DNA of 64,000 bases, taken from contig JBGSUW010000078.1 of assembly GCA_041753275.1 (NCBI GenBank), positions 36,074-100,073 of the forward strand. Reading direction: 5' to 3'. Below the pieces are notes generated by a model that saw only the letters and a program-made list of their open reading frames with translations, made no database searches and was not told the DNA's origin. The DNA is from Akkermansiaceae bacterium. GTDB lineage: Bacteria > Verrucomicrobiota > Verrucomicrobiia > Verrucomicrobiales > Akkermansiaceae. The translations under genes were made by a program, and so were the position numbers. Positions 1-10,220 of the stretch are shown piece after piece; the stretch's first letter is position 1, and each line of letters begins with the position of its first letter.

Positions 1-1
1 A

Positions 2-784
2 GGCGGTCGCAAGGACCCCGAGTTCTTCCAAAAAATCCTCGAAGATCCATACCTCAACGATCTCGCATGGGAAATGAATGTGGAGTCCTCCCGCCTCTGC
101 CGGAAATGGGCGGACAACATTGGTTCCGATACCGGCCGCAAACGCTACGTGGCCGGAGCCATCGGCCCGCTCACCGTCTCGCTCAGCAACTCGCCGGATG
201 CCAATGACGCGGGCTTCCGAGTCGTCACTTTCGATCAAGTCCTCGCCGCCTACCGCCACCAAGTGCTCGCACTCATCGAGGGTGGCTGCGATATCCTGAT
301 GGTGGAAACAATTTTCGATTCGCTCAACGCCAAAGCAGCAGTGGTCGCCATCGAGGAAATTTTTGCAGAAAACCACTATCGCCTGCCCGTGATCATCTCC
401 GCTGCCGTGGGCCTCGGTGGAGAAACGATGATTTCCGCGCAAAAAGTCGAGGCGCTCTGGAATGCATTTGCGCATGCCAAGCCCTTGGCGATCGGCCTGA
501 ATTGCTCGCTAGGCCCGGACCTGATGCGTCCCCATTTGGAAGAACTTTCCGCTTGTGCCGCCACTTGTGTCTCGTGCTATCCCAACGCCGGCTTGCCCAA
601 CCCACTCGCACCGACGGGCTTCGATCTCGAGCCGAGTCACATGTTTGATTACATGTCGGATTTTGCCAAAGCCGGTCTTCTCAATCTTGCGGGTGGATGT
701 TGTGGCAATACTCCCGAACACGTCGCCGCGATTGCCAAAGCTGTTGCAAATTACGCACCGCGCGCGATTCCGGTGATTCGATAA
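2..784 (+). CDS. metH: B12-dependent methionine synthase, homocysteine-binding (N-terminal) subunit of a split MetH; 5'-partial
   Basis: Frame open from window start; motifs YVAGAIGP, ETIFD, GLNCSLGP, YPNAGLPN, GGCCG. Confidence 0.93.
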   Translation, partial: GGRKDPEFFQKILEDPYLNDLAWEMNVESSRLCRKWADNIGSDTGRKRYVAGAIGPLTVSLSNSPDANDAGFRVVTFDQVLAAYRHQVLALIEGGCDILMVETIFDSLNAKAAVVAIEEIFAENHYRLPVIISAAVGLGGETMISAQKVEALWNAFAHAKPLAIGLNCSLGPDLMRPHLEELSACAATCVSCYPNAGLPNPLAPTGFDLEPSHMFDYMSDFAKAGLLNLAGGCCGNTPEHVAAIAKAVANYAPRAIPVIR

Positions 785-789
785 ATTTC

Positions 790-894
790 ACCTGCTTGAT
801 CGTGTCCAACCATCACCTAGGACTCTTAGTCAGTTTCCATAACATCCGCCTCACAAACGGCATCGAACGAGTCGTCCACAACTTCCCATCTTAA
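790..894 (+). pseudogene. C-terminal remnant of a GxxExxY (PD-(D/E)XK-like) protein
   Basis: Translates [34 protein letters not shown], resembling the TYLKLS..LGLLINF...L..GI.RVV tail of GxxExxY proteins; TAA overlaps the next ATG; no N-terminal part. Confidence 0.55.
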
Positions 895-3656
895 TGACCA
901 CCATTCCTCACGCCCTTCGGCTCTCTGGCACAGAAGCCTACAACCACACCGCAGAAAAGCGCTTCCTGATGATCGGCGAGCGCGCCAACGTGGCCGGCTC
1001 ACCTCAGTTTGCCAAACTCGTCCGCGCTGGCGACCTTGAGGCGGCGGTAGAAGTCGCACGCCAGCAAGTGGCAAACGGCGCGAATGTGATCGATATCTGC
1101 TTCGACGATGGACTCATCGATGGCAAGGCAATGATGTCGCGTTTCCTAAGTCTCCTCCAAGGCGAGCCAGACGTTGCCAAAGTGCCGATCATGGTGGATT
1201 CCTCTAAATGGGAAATTCTCGAGGAAGGCCTCAAATACCTGCAAGGCAAGGGCATAGTGAATTCGATTTCGCTCAAGGAAGGCGAAGAAAATTTCAAAAA
1301 TCAAGCACGCCACATCATGCGCTACGGAGCCGCCGTGGTGGTGATGGCATTTGACGAGAATGGCCAAGCCGCCAGCTATGATGAGAAAATTCGCATTTGT
1401 GAGCGTGCTTACCGCATCCTCGTCGATGAGGTAGGATTCAATCAGGACGATATCATTTTCGATCCTAACATCCTCACCGTCGCGACTGGAATTGAAGAGC
1501 ATAACAATTATGCCCTCGATTTCATCAACGCCACCCGCTGGATTAAAGATAATCTACCGGGCGCGAAAATCTCCGGCGGCGTTTCTAATATATCATTCTC
1601 CTTCCGTGGTAATAATAAAGTCCGCGAAGCCATGCACTCTGCCTTCCTCTATCATGCAGGAAATGCCGGAATGGACATGGGCATCGTCAATGCAGGAATG
1701 CTCGAACTCTACGATGAGATTCCAAAAGATCTCTTGGAGTGCGTGGAGGATGTATTACTCAACCGCCGCGCGGATTCTACCGAACGCTTGTTAGACCTTG
1801 CCGAAAGCTATAAGAACGTAGGTGGTAAAAAAATCGAGGAAGATCTCTCTTGGCGTAATGAATCCGTCGAGAAACGTTTGGAACATGCGTTGCTTCGTGG
1901 AATTGATAAATATATCGATGAAGACACCGAGGAAGCCCGCCTCAAATACGTGCGTCCGCTCAAGGTCATCGAAGGGCCGCTCATGGACGGCATGGGCGTC
2001 GTGGGCGATCTCTTCGGCGCTGGTAAAATGTTTCTTCCTCAAGTCGTCAAATCCGCGCGCGTCATGAAAAAATCCGTCGCATGGTTGTTCCCCTACATGG
2101 AGGCAGACAAAGCGGAATACCTCGCGGGCGACATTGCCGAGATCAAAGCCGCAAATCCCGCACTCACCGATGATGAGGCGCTCAAACTCGCCGAACGAGC
2201 ACGTTCTGCTGGCCGTTTCCTCATCGCCACCGTCAAGGGCGACGTGCATGACATTGGTAAAAACATCGTCGGCGTGGTGCTTTCCTGCAATGGCTTCGAA
2301 GTCACAGATATGGGAGTGATGGTCTCGTGCGACAAAATCCTCGCAAAAGCAAAAGAACTCGGTGCGGATGTCATCGGACTTTCCGGATTAATCACACCAT
2401 CACTCGATGAAATGGTGCATGTGGCCAAGGAAATGGAGCGCCAAGGTTTCACCGTGCCTCTACTGATCGGCGGTGCGACAACCTCAGCGGCTCATACCGC
2501 AATTAAAATAGCCCAGCATTATTCCGGTCAAGTCGTTCACGTATTGGATGCATCGCGCTCCGTGCCAGTTACCACTTCGTTGCTTTCCAAAGAACAGCGC
2601 GAAAGTTTCGGAATTGAGAATAAGGCAAAACAACAAAAACTCCGCGATAACTTCCTTGGGGGCCCTAAAAAAGATACCATCACTCTCACCGCCGCTCGCT
2701 CCGCAGGGCCAAAGTATGATTGGGAAAATTATACTCCACCGATTCCTTCCTTCTCTGGCACGCGCACGATTAAAAACCCATCTCTCCGCGAGCTCACTCA
2801 GTTCATCGACTGGACACCATTCTTCCACGCATGGGAACTGCGGGGCGTGTGGGATCGTGCAACGCAATCACTCAAAACCAAAAACGAAGCGGGTGCCGTG
2901 GAAGCTTCCAAGCTTTACCAAGAAGCACTCACATGGATCGACCGCATCATCGCCGAAGATCGCTTTCGTGCCGAAGGGATCTACGGATTCTTCCCCGCAA
3001 ACTCAGATGGCGACGATATCATCATCTGGACCGACGAGACTCGCACCACCGAACGCAGCCGCTTCCACACTCTGCGCCAGCAGCTTAAAAAAGATTCAGG
3101 CAAACCAAACGTCGCCCTGTCCGATTGGGTGGCACCTGAAAAAATCAATGATTACTGCGGTGGCTTCGTCGTTGGCATCCATGGTGCGCATGAATTCGCA
3201 GATGAACTTGATAGAGAAATCGATCCCTTCGGCGCGATCATGGTCAAAGCCATTGCCGACCGCTTTGCCGAGGCATTTACAGAATTCCTCCATCATCAAG
3301 CACGCGTCGAATGGGGCTATGAGACGGAAGACGAGCTCACTCATGATCAGCTAATCCATGAGAACTACCGCGGCATCCGCCCCGCACCCGGCTATCCTTC
3401 CCAGCCAGACCACACCGAGAAGCCAATCTTGTTTGATCTCCTTGCTGCTTCTGATGCTACCGGAGTCACTCTCACCGAAAGCTGTGCGATGCATCCAGGT
3501 GCGGCAGTTTGTGGTCTATATTTTTCTCATCCGGAAAGTCATTATTTTGCGATCTCGGAATTACAGAAAGATCAGATCGAGGACTATGCGCAGCGCAAGG
3601 GCATGACCTTGGAGGAGACCGAGAAATGGCTTGGACCATGGCTGGGCTACGCTTGA
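894..3656 (+). CDS. metH: B12-dependent methionine synthase, pterin-binding, cobalamin-binding and activation domains
   Basis: [43 protein letters not shown] (DxHxxG), RPAPGYP. Confidence 0.96.
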   Translation: MTTIPHALRLSGTEAYNHTAEKRFLMIGERANVAGSPQFAKLVRAGDLEAAVEVARQQVANGANVIDICFDDGLIDGKAMMSRFLSLLQGEPDVAKVPIMVDSSKWEILEEGLKYLQGKGIVNSISLKEGEENFKNQARHIMRYGAAVVVMAFDENGQAASYDEKIRICERAYRILVDEVGFNQDDIIFDPNILTVATGIEEHNNYALDFINATRWIKDNLPGAKISGGVSNISFSFRGNNKVREAMHSAFLYHAGNAGMDMGIVNAGMLELYDEIPKDLLECVEDVLLNRRADSTERLLDLAESYKNVGGKKIEEDLSWRNESVEKRLEHALLRGIDKYIDEDTEEARLKYVRPLKVIEGPLMDGMGVVGDLFGAGKMFLPQVVKSARVMKKSVAWLFPYMEADKAEYLAGDIAEIKAANPALTDDEALKLAERARSAGRFLIATVKGDVHDIGKNIVGVVLSCNGFEVTDMGVMVSCDKILAKAKELGADVIGLSGLITPSLDEMVHVAKEMERQGFTVPLLIGGATTSAAHTAIKIAQHYSGQVVHVLDASRSVPVTTSLLSKEQRESFGIENKAKQQKLRDNFLGGPKKDTITLTAARSAGPKYDWENYTPPIPSFSGTRTIKNPSLRELTQFIDWTPFFHAWELRGVWDRATQSLKTKNEAGAVEASKLYQEALTWIDRIIAEDRFRAEGIYGFFPANSDGDDIIIWTDETRTTERSRFHTLRQQLKKDSGKPNVALSDWVAPEKINDYCGGFVVGIHGAHEFADELDREIDPFGAIMVKAIADRFAEAFTEFLHHQARVEWGYETEDELTHDQLIHENYRGIRPAPGYPSQPDHTEKPILFDLLAASDATGVTLTESCAMHPGAAVCGLYFSHPESHYFAISELQKDQIEDYAQRKGMTLEETEKWLGPWLGYA

Positions 3657-3699
3657 AATAAATTGCAAATAAAAATCTGCATGCTGAACTGGAGCCACC

Positions 3700-4665
3700 A
3701 TGAATTACCTAAAGTCCTTATCATTGATTTCTCTCGTTTCTGCCATGACAAGCCTCTCTACTCTTGCAGGCGGCGAGGGCTGGACTTCTGATTTTGCCGC
3801 AGCGCAGAAAGAAGCTACAAGTTCCAAGAAGGATCTGTTAATTGATTTCACCGGGTCTGATTGGTGTGGATGGTGCATTAAGCTCGATGAGGAAGTTTTC
3901 AGTAAGCAAGCTTTCAAAGATGGAGTAAAAGATAAGTTCGTGCTCGTGGAGCTGGATTTCCCAAATGATAAAACCAAGCTAAGCGAAGCCACTCAGAAAC
4001 AGAACGCCGAGCTAGGAGAAAAATATGATGTGCAAGGCTACCCCACCATCCTGCTCACTGACGCAGACGGGAAACCCTATGCCTCCACTGGCTATCAACA
4101 AGGCGGACCAGAAGAGTATGTAAAACATCTCGATGATCTTCGTGCGAAGAAAGTCAAAGCAGATGAAGCCCTCAAACAGGCAAATGCCAGCGAGGGCGTG
4201 GAAAAAGCGAAGGCTCTCATCGCCATGCTCGAGGCGATGGAACTCAGCGACACCATGATTGAAAATTTCTACGGTGAGGTGACAGCCCAGATTAAAGCGG
4301 CTGATCCCGAAGACGAAACAGGATTCACTAAAGCAGGTGAAACCAAAGCCAAGCTTGAAAAATTCGAGAAAGAACTCTCAGGGCTCGCCAATGAGGAAAA
4401 TTTTCCGGGTGCACTCGCACTGGTAGATAAAACCATCAAAGAAGGTGGTTTCGAAACTCAGGAAACCCAAGAGTTAATGGCCACACGAGCGATGATCTTC
4501 GCACAGATGAAAAAATTTGATGAAGCCATCAAGGCCTTGGATGAAGCAAAAGCGGTCGCACCTGAAAGTGAAGTTGCAGAACAGTTAGAAGAATTCAAAG
4601 GAAAGCTCGAAGCCGCGAAAGCAGAAGAAGCAGGCACTCAGGAAGAAAAGCCCGCTGCAGAGTAA
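3700..4665 (+). CDS. Exported thioredoxin-family protein with helical/TPR-like C-terminus
   Basis: Signal peptide; FTGSDWCGWC; GYPT cis-Pro loop. Confidence 0.85.
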   Translation: MNYLKSLSLISLVSAMTSLSTLAGGEGWTSDFAAAQKEATSSKKDLLIDFTGSDWCGWCIKLDEEVFSKQAFKDGVKDKFVLVELDFPNDKTKLSEATQKQNAELGEKYDVQGYPTILLTDADGKPYASTGYQQGGPEEYVKHLDDLRAKKVKADEALKQANASEGVEKAKALIAMLEAMELSDTMIENFYGEVTAQIKAADPEDETGFTKAGETKAKLEKFEKELSGLANEENFPGALALVDKTIKEGGFETQETQELMATRAMIFAQMKKFDEAIKALDEAKAVAPESEVAEQLEEFKGKLEAAKAEEAGTQEEKPAAE

Positions 4666-4719
4666 ACACAGCACATTGCGAGTCTGCTGAAACGTAACTC
4701 TCAATCATCATTTCAGTAG

Positions 4720-5340
4720 ATGCGGCTGTTGGCATTATTTATCGGTCTAGCAGTTCTCGTGCTGCTCTCTTGGCTGCTATGGGGCGGGAGGATGGAAGAA
4801 AATTTCTCCTTGATGGGCAGTGTGGAATGGCTACGCGCCGCTGGGCCGTGGGGCGGAGCAGCGGGAGTCCTGCTATTGTTATGTGATCTCGCACTACCCA
4901 TTCCCAGCACCTTGGTGATTTCTGCTATGGGATATCTTTATGGATTCTGGGTGGGTGGACTGCTCGCAAGCATCGGGCTAACCGTAGCTGGAATTACCGG
5001 TTATGGCATAGGCTACATCTGTGGTGAGAAGCACGCGCGCCGCTGGTTAGGCGAGGCGGACTTCAATCGCGGCCAAGCTTTTTTTTCCAAAGGCGGCGGA
5101 TGGATCGTCGCACTATCACGGACTCTACCAATTTTACCGGAAGTGATTTCCTGCACAGCAGGCCTGGTACGAATGCCCTTTGGAAAATTTCTCACCTCAT
5201 TGATATGTGGCAGCGTGCCGATGGCCTTTATCTTTGCGACCATCGGCCATTTAGGGAATGACGCACCGAACTGGGCTCTCGGTCTGAGTCTAATGATTCC
5301 GGCTTTACTATGGGCGGTCGCGTCTCGGTTGAAACGCTGA
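4720..5340 (+). CDS. DedA/VTT (TVP38-like) membrane protein
   Basis: Hydrophobic; LPIPS, GYLYG, SRTLPILPEVISCTAG. Confidence 0.8.
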   Translation: MRLLALFIGLAVLVLLSWLLWGGRMEENFSLMGSVEWLRAAGPWGGAAGVLLLLCDLALPIPSTLVISAMGYLYGFWVGGLLASIGLTVAGITGYGIGYICGEKHARRWLGEADFNRGQAFFSKGGGWIVALSRTLPILPEVISCTAGLVRMPFGKFLTSLICGSVPMAFIFATIGHLGNDAPNWALGLSLMIPALLWAVASRLKR

Positions 5341-5392
5341 GATTCTATATCTGCTCTTGATTGCCACATGCCGCTGTTTGATGCTGCCGCAA

Positions 5393-6628
5393 ATGCGCAT
5401 CGAAGTAATCAACACCGGCACCGAGCTGCTACTAGGAAACACCCTTAATACCCATGGCGCATGGTTTGGCAGGGAGTTATTTATGCTCGGCCTGAGAATT
5501 ACCCGGCAGACCACGGTGCCGGATGGAGAGGCAATCCGTGAGGCTCTGGAAGACGCGATTAACCGCGCGGATGCGGTGATCGTGACAGGTGGTCTTGGAC
5601 CCACAAGTGATGATCTCACTCGTGAAATTACGGCGGAAGTTCTTGGTGTGGAAATGATCATGGATGAGGCTGCCTTGCGCTCAATCCATGAATTTTTCAA
5701 ACTGATCAATAAGCCCATGGTGGATGCCAATAAAAAACAGGCACTGACGCTGGTAGGAGCAGATGTCATGGCGAATCCAAATGGCACTGCTCCCGGAATC
5801 TATGTGCCGCCACGGTTGAATGGGCGTTCAAATTGCGCGGTATTTTTGTTACCGGGACCACCACGAGAATTATACCCGATGTTCCACCAAGAAGTCGCCC
5901 CGCGCCTGCGGGCGTTGGCGGGGCTGGAGTTGGTAAATTCCGCCCTCGAACTTAAATTTACCGGCATTGGAGAAAGTAATTTCCATGAAGGCATCGATGC
6001 ACAACTCGCCGCGATTCCAGATCTCGAATATGGGTATTGTGCCCACATCGGCGAGCTGGATCTGCGCTTGATAGGGAATCCTGAAGCACTCGCAGCGGGT
6101 CGTGCCATCGCGTTGGAAAGTTTTGAAAATTTCCTCATCAGCGACGACGGGGCCTCAATGGAAAAGACTGTGGTTCGGTTGTTGAAAGAGCGGAGCATGA
6201 CCTGCGCTACCGCTGAGAGCTGCACCGGCGGCCTAGTCTCACACCGCCTCACCAATGTGCCGGGTGCAAGTGAAGTTTTCACCCATGGTTTTGTGACTTA
6301 TTCAAATAAGGCAAAAACTGAAATGTTAGATGTATCTAGCGTCTCAATCATCCAACAAGGTGCCGTCAGTGAAGTCGTTGCCAAAGAGATGGCCGATGGG
6401 GCGCTGCGCCGCAGTGGGGCGGACATCGCGGTGGCCGTCACAGGCATCGCCGGACCTAGCGGAGGCATGGAAGGCAAGCCCGTGGGCACGGCGTGGATCG
6501 CTGTGGCTATGGTAAATGGAACGACAGAAGCTTTTAAAACCTACCATCCACGCAATCGCAAAGACTTCAAACTCGCAGTAAGTCAAAGTGCACTTGAGGC
6601 TGTCAGAAGGCGCTTGAAAGGCGTGTGA
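5393..6628 (+). CDS. cinA: CinA competence/damage-inducible protein (MoCF domain + NMN deamidase PncC domain)
   Basis: GTELLLG, TGGLGPTSDDLT, LPGPP, AESCTGG, VTGIAGP; start moved to ATG 5393. Confidence 0.92.
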   Translation: MRIEVINTGTELLLGNTLNTHGAWFGRELFMLGLRITRQTTVPDGEAIREALEDAINRADAVIVTGGLGPTSDDLTREITAEVLGVEMIMDEAALRSIHEFFKLINKPMVDANKKQALTLVGADVMANPNGTAPGIYVPPRLNGRSNCAVFLLPGPPRELYPMFHQEVAPRLRALAGLELVNSALELKFTGIGESNFHEGIDAQLAAIPDLEYGYCAHIGELDLRLIGNPEALAAGRAIALESFENFLISDDGASMEKTVVRLLKERSMTCATAESCTGGLVSHRLTNVPGASEVFTHGFVTYSNKAKTEMLDVSSVSIIQQGAVSEVVAKEMADGALRRSGADIAVAVTGIAGPSGGMEGKPVGTAWIAVAMVNGTTEAFKTYHPRNRKDFKLAVSQSALEAVRRRLKGV

Positions 6629-6675
6629 CCAACCGGTGCGGCAGCCAAGATTTTAGATTATCTATCGATTTCCTG

Positions 6676-6692
6676 TTGCAAACCAATCTCAA
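6676..6692. promoter_or_regulatory. Possible Fur-like box upstream of feoA
   Basis: TTGCAAACCAATCTCAA, imperfect dyad resembling TGAnAATnATTnTCA, located ahead of the feo operon. Confidence 0.3.
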
Positions 6693-6753
6693 TTGACGAT
6701 GGTTGGGGCGCATGCATCAAGCCAATGTAGCCGATTTGAAAATCGATAGCGTC

Positions 6754-6966
6754 ATGACTCTCAATCAAGTCAAGGTCGGCTGTGACGTGCAGATCCGGGT
6801 AATCAGTGGGCCTGGCTGTGATCGGCTGAGAGATTTGGGATTTTGCGAAGAGTTGAAGCTCAGGAAGCTCACCAGCGGCCGCAATATGATCTGCTCAATC
6901 TGCGGCACTCGGATGGCCATCAGCAAAGAGCTCGCCGAGCATGTGATCGTATCCCCAATCCTCTGA
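6754..6966 (+). CDS. feoA: Ferrous iron transport protein A
   Basis: MTLNQ...RLRDLGF...GTRMAISKELAEHVIV; directly upstream of feoB. Confidence 0.88.
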   Translation: MTLNQVKVGCDVQIRVISGPGCDRLRDLGFCEELKLRKLTSGRNMICSICGTRMAISKELAEHVIVSPIL

Positions 6967-6983
6967 AGGATCGTTTTTTCATC

Positions 6984-8876
6984 ATGCCATCTGCCTCGGA
7001 AAGTCCCTCAACTGTCGCGCTGGTTGGAAATCCCAATGCGGGTAAAACCACCCTTTTCAACGCATTAACGGGTGCAAATCAACAGGTTGGAAATTACGCT
7101 GGAGTCACCGTGGCGCTGAAGGTCGGGGAAACTTTCACTCCGCACGGCCGTAAACTCCGCATTCTTGATTTGCCCGGCTGCTACTCATTGAAGGCAAATT
7201 CGCCTGATGAAAAGGTGGCGCTGGATGCACTGACTGGAGCCCTCCCCGGAGAGCGAAGTCCTGACATCGTCGTCTGCGTGGTGGATGCTTCGAATCTCGA
7301 ACGTCATTTACAACTCACTCTTCAAGTCATCGAGCTCGGGCTGCCTTGCGTGCTGGCTCTAAACATGGTGGATGTCGCGGAAAGCACCGGCCTGAGGCTG
7401 GACCCAGCCAAACTTTCTGAGGAACTGGGAATTCCCGTGGTGGTGATGCAGGCAAATGCCAAAAAAGGCATCGTCGAGTTGAAACATGCGCTGCGACTCC
7501 CCCACCCCCCTGCCTCTTCTGAGCGCTGGATCACCGATCCTGCGGACCCAGAGAGCGGGCGGCGGGCCTTTATTGCACGCCTTTGCGAACTTGCGGCGAG
7601 AAGACCAGATGCGCACCAACAGACTCTTTCTGACCGAATCGATTCCGTGCTGCTTCATCCGATCTACGGCTGGATTTGCATGGCAGTCATTTTTTTCGGC
7701 GTGTTCTGGTCGATCTTTTCCTTTGCAGAAACTCCGATGGGTTGGATCGAAAATGGCCAAAGTCTGCTAGGTGGCTGGATTGAGTCACAGATGGCTGATG
7801 GTGATTTACGATCGCTCATCGTCGATGGTGTACTGGGTGGAGTGGGCGGTGTGATCATGTTTTTGCCCCAGATTGTGCTGCTATTTCTATTCATCGGACT
7901 CTTGGAAAGTTCAGGATACATGGCTCGCGCTGCTTACCTGATGGACGGAGTGATGTCCAAGGCGGGCCTCAGTGGAAAATCGTTCCTGCCGCTTTTCAGC
8001 TCCTACGCCTGTGCCATTCCAGGAGTGATGGCCACCCGCACCATCGATTCTGCGAAGGAGAGGCTGGTCACCATCTTCATCGCCCCATGGATGAGTTGTT
8101 CCGCCCGACTTCCGGTATATTTCCTGTTGATTCCACTGCTTCTACATGAAGATGAAGGAACATGGAAGCAGGCAGCGGTGCTTTTTGGAATCTACCTTTT
8201 TGGCACTCTCACAGCTCTCATCGTCGCCAAATTACTGCGTGCGAGGCTTGGGGAGGATGTCAGCCCCGGGCATTTCCTGCTAGAATTACCGCCCTATCGT
8301 CAACCACAGTGGGACTATATTTTCCGGCATGTTTTGGACCGCGCATGGGCATTTGTTAAAAAGGCAGGCACCGTGATTCTTGGACTTTCGATTCTTCTTT
8401 GGGCCCTCAGCACTTACCCTAAAAATGATGGTGACGATCCATCTGAAGCTCTCGCCCACAGCGCGATGGGCCGCATTGGCGCAGTAATCGAACCAATCGT
8501 GAAGCCGCTTGGGTTCGATGGACGAATGGGCACTGCCATTCTCACCTCTTTTGCGGCCCGTGAAGTCTTCAATACCTCTATGGGTATCCTCTATCGGGTG
8601 GAAGAGGTGGACGATGAAGAACAAGGCCGGAGCCTACTCAGAGATCAACTCGCTGCTGCCAAATGGCCAGATGGACGGCCAATTTTCACGCCGTTGTCAC
8701 TTATATCGTTGTTGATATTTTTCATCTATGCCCTGCAGTGCTTACCAACCACCGCCGTCGTCGCTCGGGAAGCCGGATCCTGGAAATGGGCGATCGGACA
8801 ATTTTTCTTTATGACGCTATTTGCTTACTGTGCTTCATTGTTGGTGTTTCAAATTGGCACACAACTCGGATTTTAA
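6984..8876 (+). CDS. feoB: Ferrous iron transport protein B
   Basis: GNPNAGKT, GNYAGVTV, DLPG, NMVD, LESSGYMARAA, MSCSARLPVY; start at ATG 6984. Confidence 0.95.
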   Translation: MPSASESPSTVALVGNPNAGKTTLFNALTGANQQVGNYAGVTVALKVGETFTPHGRKLRILDLPGCYSLKANSPDEKVALDALTGALPGERSPDIVVCVVDASNLERHLQLTLQVIELGLPCVLALNMVDVAESTGLRLDPAKLSEELGIPVVVMQANAKKGIVELKHALRLPHPPASSERWITDPADPESGRRAFIARLCELAARRPDAHQQTLSDRIDSVLLHPIYGWICMAVIFFGVFWSIFSFAETPMGWIENGQSLLGGWIESQMADGDLRSLIVDGVLGGVGGVIMFLPQIVLLFLFIGLLESSGYMARAAYLMDGVMSKAGLSGKSFLPLFSSYACAIPGVMATRTIDSAKERLVTIFIAPWMSCSARLPVYFLLIPLLLHEDEGTWKQAAVLFGIYLFGTLTALIVAKLLRARLGEDVSPGHFLLELPPYRQPQWDYIFRHVLDRAWAFVKKAGTVILGLSILLWALSTYPKNDGDDPSEALAHSAMGRIGAVIEPIVKPLGFDGRMGTAILTSFAAREVFNTSMGILYRVEEVDDEEQGRSLLRDQLAAAKWPDGRPIFTPLSLISLLIFFIYALQCLPTTAVVAREAGSWKWAIGQFFFMTLFAYCASLLVFQIGTQLGF

Positions 8877-8882
8877 ATCATC

Positions 8883-9017
8883 ATGGATTGGCAAACTTAC
8901 ACCGCCGCGGGAGTCGTCATACTCACGCTCACCGTATTTTTAGTTTTCTTGGCACGGCCCAAGAAAAAATCCGGCTGTGGCAATGGCTGTGGCTGCGATA
9001 GGACTCCCAAAGCTTGA
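8883..9017 (+). CDS. FeoB-associated Cys-rich small membrane protein (44 aa, not in ORF track)
   Basis: MDWQTYTAAGVVILTLTVFLVFLARPKKKSGCGNGCGCDRTPKA: one TM helix, basic patch, Cys cluster; 6 nt after feoB. Confidence 0.8.
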   Translation: MDWQTYTAAGVVILTLTVFLVFLARPKKKSGCGNGCGCDRTPKA

Positions 9018-9048
9018 TTTCCCGCAGTCCACTTGCTAACTCCCGGCT

Positions 9049-9972
9049 GTGTTGATTTGCAAAACTTTTGAAGAACTCGCCGCTTTGGATCGGCCCTTGC
9101 ATCTCGCGCTTGGCGTGTTTGACGGAGTTCACATTGGCCACCAGGCCGTCATCGCAAGAGCCGTGAAGGCCGCCAAAGCCGATGGAGGTATTGCTGGCAT
9201 GCTAACTTTTGAGCCTCATCCCATTCGCGTCATCGCTCCGGAAAAGGCTCCAAAGTCTTTGCTCGCCACGCTTGAACACAAGGCGGAGATCGTCAGCAAG
9301 CTAGGCGTCGGCTTGTTTGTTCCACTCCATTTCGATGCCGCTCTCGCCGCGATGTCTCCCACTGAATTTATCTCCCGGCTCTTCACAGCGTCCCCCCGCA
9401 CCCTTGCTGTTGGCGAAGATTGGCGCTTTGGACGCCAGCGTGGTGGCGATGTCACACTGCTACGCCACGAAGCGATCACACGCGGCTTCCGTCTTGAAGC
9501 GGTGCCACCCGTGATGCTTGATGGGGAACGCATTAGCAGCACCCGCATCCGCCAGGCGATCCGAGATGGCAATCTCACTGCCGCCCAGCACATGCTCGGG
9601 CGTCCGTATTCGCTATCGGGAAACGTCATCGCAGGAAGACAACTTGGACGCACACTCGGTTTCCCCACCGCGAATCTCAATACCGCAGATGCCCAGCTTC
9701 CGCCCGATGGCGTATGGATCGCCCGGGCACTCCTTGCCGATGGAAGATCCATACCTAGCGTCGCCAACCTTGGAACCCGTCCAACTGTCGATGGAATTTC
9801 CCATTTGCTCGAAGTCCATCTTTTCGATTTTAATGAGGATCTCTATAGTCAAACAGTAGAAATCCAGTTTGAGAAGTTTCTCCGCCCCGAAATGAAATTT
9901 CTGTCTTTAGAAGCGCTTAAAGCACAGATCCAAACCGACACCATCTCGGCAAAAGAATTTTTCCGGTATTAA
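9049..9972 (+). CDS. ribF: Bifunctional riboflavin kinase / FAD synthetase
   Basis: GVFDGVHIGHQ, ISSTRIR, GRTLGFPTAN, GTRPT, LEVHLFDF. Confidence 0.95.
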   Translation: MLICKTFEELAALDRPLHLALGVFDGVHIGHQAVIARAVKAAKADGGIAGMLTFEPHPIRVIAPEKAPKSLLATLEHKAEIVSKLGVGLFVPLHFDAALAAMSPTEFISRLFTASPRTLAVGEDWRFGRQRGGDVTLLRHEAITRGFRLEAVPPVMLDGERISSTRIRQAIRDGNLTAAQHMLGRPYSLSGNVIAGRQLGRTLGFPTANLNTADAQLPPDGVWIARALLADGRSIPSVANLGTRPTVDGISHLLEVHLFDFNEDLYSQTVEIQFEKFLRPEMKFLSLEALKAQIQTDTISAKEFFRY

Positions 9973-9984
9973 TTCGAACCTAGC

Positions 9985-10025
9985 TTGACAATAATTTACT
10001 CGCATGAACACTGTTCTTGTGAAGC
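9985..10025 (+). promoter_or_regulatory. Sigma70-type promoter with tandem degenerate Verrucomicrobia LexA boxes
   Basis: TTGACA 9985-9990, 16 nt, AACACT 10007-10012; TACTC-GCAT-GAACA 9997-10010 and TGTTC-TTGT-GAAGC 10012-10025 versus consensus TGTTC-N4-GAACA. Confidence 0.55.
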
Positions 10026-10156
10026 AAATTAAACTCATTTTTCAAAGAAATATCCAGCTTCTTGAGCGGAAATTCCATCACTATTTCCTGGTCTCCACAC
10101 CACCGAGGAGACCCACGGCGATTCAGCTCGAATTTCCTTGGGAACCAAAAAAGTGA
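10019..10156 (+). CDS. Small hypothetical protein (45 aa) ending in QLEFPW; candidate SOS microprotein
   Basis: GTG start 6 nt after the -10 (in-frame ATG also at 10004); MKQIKLIFQRNIQLLERKFHHYFLVSTPPRRPTAIQLEFPWEPKK. Confidence 0.55.
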   Translation: MKQIKLIFQRNIQLLERKFHHYFLVSTPPRRPTAIQLEFPWEPKK

Positions 10157-10220
10157 TTTTTCCTGATTTTACGCTTACGCTTATCACAGAAGCTCTCTAT
10201 GAATCCAGAAACCTTTACGC

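Noticed and set aside
785-893. Cobalamin or SAM riboswitch between the metH halves
   Set aside because: Too short and lacks the conserved riboswitch cores; better explained as a coding remnant
2548-3354. 268-aa alternative-frame ORF inside metH (and similar long shadows inside tex and dnaE2)
   Set aside because: Low-complexity Ser/Pro/Arg-rich translations typical of off-frame reading in GC-rich genes
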